A DNA stretch of 64,000 nucleotides from Okamejei kenojei (lineage: Eukaryota), in assembly GCA_035221665.1 (NCBI GenBank), contig CM069151.1, forward strand, positions 31,310,001 through 31,374,000, in the 5' to 3' direction. The translations under genes and the position numbers were made by a program. Under the pieces are notes generated by a model. That model saw only the letters and a program-made list of their open reading frames with translations, made no database searches and was not told the origin of the DNA. Shown here one piece after another: positions 57,393 through 64,000 of this stretch (within the stretch, counting starts at the first letter, position 1; each line of letters starts with the position of its first letter).

Positions 57393-57423
<31 letters not shown>

Positions 57424-58410
57424 GGTTAGAAGTAGAAGCGGGATATATCAGCAGGCAGGTGATAGGTAGTACTAGGGATGGTGGGCATATGGGGGGGATG
57501 GGCATATGGTACCAAGTGGAGGTGGGGTGTTGAGGGTGGGAAAATTGCACAAGATGGAGACAACGAGGTGGACAGGTAAGTGCTTGGGTGAGAGGAAAGC
57601 ACCAGGAATATGAATTATCTGAAATTTGGAAACTCAATGATCATACTATTACCTTGGTACCAAGCTAGCCAGGTGGAATACGAGATGACTACCTTCCAAT
57701 TTGCATTCAGCCTCTCTGTAGCAATGGAGGGCTAAGGACAGACAAGTCCGTGTAAAACTGGGAAGAAGAGTTGAAATGGCAAACAACCAGAACCTCAGGA
57801 TCACCATTGTGGACAGACCACAGGTGTGCCACAGAGCTGTCACCATATATGTGCTTGGTTTCAGTGAGCACTGTAAACAGTAGACAATGTTGGAAGTGCA
57901 GGTATCTTCACACTTGAATTTAGGTTGTTGGACGACATTGAGGGAAGAAAAGGAACACGTGTTACACCTCCTACAGTTTTGTGGGAAAGTATGAAGGGGG
58001 AGGGATTATCAAAACAGGAAATTATATAGTGGTCCCTGCAGAGAGTAGAAAGAGACGAGAGAGGAGAAGATATGAATTGCAGTAGAATCATGTTAGAACT
58101 AGCAGAAATAGCAAAAGATGATGTGGAGGCTGGTGGGCTGAAAGTGAAGACAAAGGAAACTCTATTGCTGTTCTATCTGGGGAGGATGGTTATGTGTGGG
58201 AAATTTTGCAGAGCTCATGGATTTCTCATACAAATTTCTCTCCATTTCCCGTACATCTCTCACCACCCCTTTCTCCTAAGGGAGAACAGCAATACAGTTT
58301 CCTTGGTCCTCACTTTTAATCCCAGCTATCTTTACATTCAACTCATCATCACGCACCATTTCCATGAGCACCAACATGGACCCAACACCAGCTTACAATC
58401 ATCTTCCAAA
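57290..58410. mobile_element. Degenerate Penelope fragments (minus ~57290-58180, plus ~58210-58410) with a decayed hammerhead motif at 57327-57353
   Basis: ORF 57649-57846 contains EAECKLEGSHLVFHLASL, similar to the Penelope C-terminus. Minus strand reads CTGATGC-AGTGTCTTGGCC-AAAA-TATC. Confidence 0.6.
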
Positions 58411-58709
58411 ATGTTCTTCTCTTGATAGTGTATGAAAACATTTCCTAGGTCCACCATATTAATTATTTTCATTACTTTTAAATCTTAGGGAACCTAGACC
58501 CCCCCCCAATCATATTACTTAATTTATTTATTAAAGATACAAACATAGAATTTGGCCTCTCTGCCATTCTAACAAAAAATTTCCATTTACTATGAAGAAT
58601 TTCGCAGAATAGCCGGAACAGTTCCTCTATTAGGTGAGTATGAATTGTAACTGTCCAATTATCCTACCTCCTGCTCTTTTGCCACAAAGCTAAAATTTTA
58701 TTTTGTATA

Positions 58710-58824
58710 CAGTGCCCTCCATAATGTTTGGGACAAAGACCCATCATTTATTTATTTCCCTCTGTACTCCACAATTTGAGATTTGTAAGAGAAAAAAAAA
58801 TCACAAACATTATGGAGGGCACTG
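58710..58824. mobile_element. 115-bp Tc1/mariner MITE
   Basis: Perfect 21-bp TIR CAGTGCCCTCCATAATGTTTG; TA TSDs at 58708-58709 and 58825-58826. Confidence 0.92.
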
Positions 58825-59119
58825 TACATTTAATTTATGGATACTTTTGAATTTTCCCACCACCATTATACACAATACTCTGCTGATCATAAATGGGCAA
58901 CTAGAATACTGACCTACCCATCTGTGGAAATAGTTTCTCCTTATTCAGAAAGTGACTGCAATTTTGCACACCTCTATTACCAGTTCGACTGCAGGACTAG
59001 ATTCTCCATCTCTTCATAGAACTGGTCCCTCATCACTGGTACAATGTCAGCAAACCTTAATTAAACACAAACTCCTTAAGTTGGAGGCCCAGAAAAAATA
59101 TCCCTAGTCGTTAAACAAG

Positions 59120-60070
59120 CAAGGAATACGCAGAGACCCGGACCACCCGTTTCAATCCTCCATGGAGCCAGGGGTGATCTCAGAGAATTGGAGAATTTTG
59201 CATTATTGCCTACATTGAATAATTGCTTAAAATAAGGATGGATTAAACCCAGGAATGATGTGTCAGTTAGCAGACAAAGATAGTGGGCAAATGGCAGGAA
59301 ACCATTCAGAGCAACAGATTAATCCTTTATTTACAAAGGCGTATGTTTACGACAGAGAGCATGGTTTTGTACGGTAATATCACATGTGACTCTTGTGAAT
59401 TAATTATTTGAGCAGGTATTAAGGAGAGTTGATGACAGCAATGAAGTTGGTGCAGTTCACATGGATTTTCCCCAGTACTTTTGACAAGGTCCCACAGGCT
59501 GGTCAAATAAATAAACAGAATCAAGGGGAGGGAGTGACTAACTTGATCCAAAACCGGCTCAGTGAAGTAAGTCATGGGCAACGGTTGACAGGTTTTTGTG
59601 ATCGGTGGGGTTCTATATGGCTCAGTACACAGTAAATTGCCTTTTTTTAGTGATACATAATAATTTAGACCCAATGTGGGGAGGCATGATAAATAAATTC
59701 ACAGATTAACCAGACACTGCTCAGGGGCTCATCCAAATATTCCTGAACGCCCTGCTTCCACAAAATCATCAGACAGCTCAAAGTTTCATCCACCCTCTTG
59801 GTGAAAAAAACCTCTCAATTCTCCTCTAAATTCCACAATCTATGCGCTCTAGTAACAGCTCACTCAATCTACACCCCTCAACACTTCGTATACCTTAATT
59901 AGGTCACTCCTTAACTTATCCAGGCTCCCTTCATGGCAAAATATCCCATCACTGTCAACCTTTTGGTGGATCTCCTTTGTACTCTCTCCACTGTATTTAC
60001 TTCCTATAATGTGGTCACCACCAGAACTGCACACACTTGCAAACAGTCCATTATCAAACACTTCCCACAT
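59120..60070. mobile_element. Highly degenerate CR1 fragments (plus ~59120-59710, minus ~59740-60070)
   Basis: Remnants TFDKVP and DLIKVYEVLRGVD. Confidence 0.55.
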
Positions 60071-60232
60071 GTGCACTTGAATACTGAAAACTTGATGCCA
60101 CCAGTTGATCCACGCCCCAGTAAGAATTGGAGCCAAATGAGGAGAGGAAGGCGATAAACAAGAAAAACATTGTCAGAGTTTCCAAGCGCAAAAATATTTT
60201 ACTAAACACATGTACAAGAATGTAGAGTTCTA

Positions 60233-60421
<189 letters not shown>

Positions 60422-60498
60422 TTAAAAGGGCAGTTTTATAGTTAAAATAGCATCATTGCTACGGTATCCACAAAAATATCAACGTCTAATGGAATATA

Positions 60499-62046
60499 CA
60501 GTTGCTTGCAAAAGTATTCATACCCCTTGAACATTTCCACATTTTGTCATGTTCTAACCACAAACGTAAATGTATTTTATTGGGATTTTATGTGATAGAC
60601 CAACACAAAGTTGTGCATAATTGTGAAGTGGAAGGAAAATGATACATGGTTTTTAAATTTTTTAATAAATAAAAAACTGAAAAGTGTGGCGTGCAAAAGT
60701 ATTCAGCCCCCTATATTCTGATACCCCTAAATAAAATCCAGTGCAGCCAATTGCCTTCAGAAGTTACCTAATTAGTAAATAGAATCCACTTATGTGTAAT
60801 CTAATCTCAGTATAAATACAGCTGATCTGTGACGGTCTTAGAGGTTTGTTAGAGAACATTTGTGAACAAACAATGTTCCTTGGGCATCATGAAGCCCAAG
60901 GAACAAACCAGACAGGTCAGGGATAAAGTTGTGGAGAAGTTTAAAGCAGGGTCGTTGTCCAACTGCAACCTACCAATACATGGCCGTCCACCTAAACTGA
61001 CAGGCCGGGCAAGGAGAGCATTGATCAGAGAAGCAGCCAAGAGGCCCATGGTAACTCTGGAGGAGCTGCAGAAATCCACAGCTCAGGTGGGAGAATCTGT
61101 CCACAGGACAACTATTAGTCGTACAATCCACAAATCGGGCTTTTATGGAAGAGTAGCAAGAAGAAAGCCATTGTTGAAACAAAGCCATAAGAAGTCCTAT
61201 TTGCAGTTTGCCACAAGCCATGTGGGGGACACAGCAAACATGTAGAGGAAGGTGCTCTGGTCTGATGAGACCAAAATGGACGTTTTTGGCCTAAATGCAA
61301 AACGCTATGTGTGGCGGAAAACTAACACTGCACATCACCCCGAACACACCATCCCCACTGTGAAACATGGTGGTGGCAGCATCTTACTGTGGGGATGCTT
61401 TTCTTCAGCAGGGACAGGGAAGCTGATCAGAGTTGATGGGAAGATGGATGGAGCCAAATACAGGGCAATCTTGGAAGAAAACCTGTTAGAGTCTGCAAAA
61501 GACTTGAGGCTGGGGCAGAGGTTCACCTTCCAGCAGGACAACGGCCCTAAACATACAACCAGAGCTAGAATGGAATAGTTTAGATCAAAGCATATTCATG
61601 TGTTAGAAAAGCCCAAAGTCCAGACCCAAATCCAATTGAGAATATCTGGCAAGACTTGAAAATTGCTGTTCACAGACGCTCTCCATCCAATCTGATTGAG
61701 TTTGAGCTATTTTGCAAAGAAGAATGGGCATAAATTTCAGTCGCTAGATGTGCAAAGCTGGTAGAGACATACCCCAAAAGACTTGCAGCTGTAATTGCAG
61801 CGAAAGGTGGTTCTACAAAGAATTGACTCAGCGGGGCTGAATACTTTTGCACGCCACACTGTTCAGTTTTTTATTTGTAATAAAACTTGAAAACCATGTA
61901 TCACTTTCCTTCCACTTCACAATTATGTGTTGGTCTTTGTGTTGGTCTATTACATAAAATCCCAATAAAATACATTTACATTTGTGGTTGTAATGTGACA
62001 AAATGTGGAAAAGTTCAAGGGGTATGAATACTTTTGCAAGCCACTG
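60499..62046 (+). mobile_element. Tc1 (Passport-like, IR/DR) DNA transposon, defective, second copy
   Basis: TA TSDs at 60497-60498 and 62047-62048; ~210-bp TIRs. Transposase from ATG 60889 reads MKPKEQTRQVRDKVVEKF, GRPPKL, WSDETK, QQDNGPKH, with stops and a deletion. Confidence 0.95.
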
Positions 62047-62555
62047 TACTTATATTTGCACGAGATTCACAATGTGTTTTTATCTCACATTTTATTTTAT
62101 AGCAGCAATGAATTAGATACAATGGTACAAAATGTATTCATGTAGAGTGCTATTGTTCAATAGCTTGCTGCTGAGCACCATGCTGACTTTTGATCCCTTT
62201 AGGGAAGGTGCCTACTGTTTATTGTAACCTTGGTGTTGTTTTATTATTGTAACCTGTAACTGCGATACAGTGAAATCCTTTGTTTACATGCCATCCAGGC
62301 AAATCACACCATAAGTATATTAGAAGAGTGCAAGAGAAAAATAGAAACAGAATGCAAGTACAGAGAGCATGCAGATTTTGTGATAAAATTAAGGAAAATT
62401 TGAATTTTGTGTGTATTTGACTCATGAGATAATTTGTTTTTCAAACAAGTTAACAGTAATGACTACCCAAGTACAGCATACATGTTAAGACTTATTGTAA
62501 AATATGAATTCAATGTTACTGAACAAGTGACAAATGTTTCCAAAATCAGAGACTA

Positions 62556-62777
<222 letters not shown>

Positions 62778-63349
62778 TCATCTCATTCATCCAAACGATT
62801 CAAAATTAAATTTACTGCTTATACAAAAATTTTGATACATGGGATTGGTTCAGTAATAACGTCAACAATAGATTATACAATTTATTTTTAAAACTTTTGG
62901 CATCTTCTATATATCTTGAAACTGGCGTAAGCTATTCAGCCCATCTGGTATATTTTGCTGCACAATTAGGGGGTGCCCGATCTATGCCTTAGCCTCATGT
63001 TCATGTTGATGTGTAGTTTCCAAATAACAGAAATTCAGTGGGTGTTGCACAAATGGATTTTTAAAGTGTGTTTGAACGAATGTGCAAGACTAGCTGATAA
63101 TATTGCCAGTAGTGTTAAAGTAAACACGGTACCTGGGTAGGAATTCACAGTCACAAAAAATAGAAAACAGTGACTGATCAATGTTTTTTCCAGAAAGGAT
63201 AAAAGGGTTTGTCTATAAACTGACAGATGCATACTAAGATATTTAGTTTTGACGAGGTATATTAAGGAAAACGGTTTCCACTATAGTCGTTTTTGTAACA
63301 TATTCCCCTGTGGTATATGATTATTTGATTCTTTGAAAACCACCGCCTC

Positions 63350-63704
63350 CTCCTCAAGTACTTTCTTCTGCAACCTCAAGAGATGCAACACCTATTGCTA
63401 GATTTCCTTCCTCAACTCCATCCAGGAACCCAAGCAGGCCTTCCAGGTGAGGCAGGCTTACCTACACCTTCTCTGTTGCTTTTAGTGTTCAAATGTGGCA
63501 TCCTTTACATCGGCAAATTTGAGCGTAGAGCAGGTGACCGTTTGTCCGAACACTTGCACTCGTACCTCCATGGCCTGTTGGATCTCATGGTTGCCAACCA
63601 TTTGAAATCCCCTTCCCATTCCCATGCTGACCTTACTGTTCTGGGCCACCTCCATTCCCAGAGTGAAGCCACACGCAAAATGGTGGAACAGCATCCCATA
63701 TACT
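63350..63704 (+). mobile_element. Penelope GIY-YIG fragment
   Basis: ORF 63383-63709 reads CGILYIGKFERRAGDRLSEHL...VANH..SPSHSH...EATRKMVEQH. Confidence 0.8.
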
Positions 63705-63705
63705 A

Positions 63706-64000
63706 CTAGACTAAGTGGGACCCGTTGGGTCCCATGTTCACACGGGAGGGCTGGTCCCCCCAACGCAATATTCCACCTCTCCACCAGTTCCAATATTGGT
63801 GGCCAGTGGGGGGGCTTTCTGGAGCACTGGTATGGGTTCTTGGGGTGGCAGCTCAGTCCCTCAAACCTGATGTGCTGGCAGCTCATTCACGGCTGGTGGG
63901 CTGGCAGTTGACTCATGGCTATTCCTTGAAATTCCATTTCAAGCAGGGTGCAAGGCCACCAAATTCAAGTGCAGTTTCTTACCACTTCAAGCAGGGTGCA
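63706..64000 (-). mobile_element. Helitron 3' end (continues beyond window)
   Basis: Minus strand: hairpin TGGGACCC-AAC-GGGTCCCA (63716-63734), 6 nt, then terminal CTAG (63706-63709) followed by T; no TSD. Confidence 0.7.

Overview
Eukaryotic, AT-rich vertebrate genomic DNA. The repeat repertoire (abundant CR1 with esterase ORF1, Penelope, HE1/V-SINE-like and Deu-SINE-like elements) suggests a cartilaginous fish, probably a skate or ray; this is inference. One host gene is present on the minus strand: the 3' 13 coding exons of PHTF2 (62722 to stop at 13583). All have GT-AG boundaries and splice into one open frame ending [18 protein letters not shown]; the 5' exons lie beyond the window. The rest is mostly transposable elements. 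These include a full-length L1 with a 14-bp TSD (3096-9130), many CR1 LINEs, Penelope fragments with hammerhead-ribozyme motifs, a 207-bp TSD-flanked fold-back Penelope derivative, and two inverted Passport-like Tc1 elements. There are also a Tc1 MITE, a Helitron 3' end and a decayed Harbinger transposase. A ~14-kb nested cluster in one intron holds a deleted class I (epsilon-like) ERV with non-matching LTRs, a complete Gmr1-type LTR element (integrase before RT) inserted in its env, and a Tc1 inserted in its LTR. No prokaryotic systems, tRNA/rRNA genes or CRISPR arrays were seen. Family names come from motif recognition, not database searches, and boundaries of degenerate repeats are approximate.
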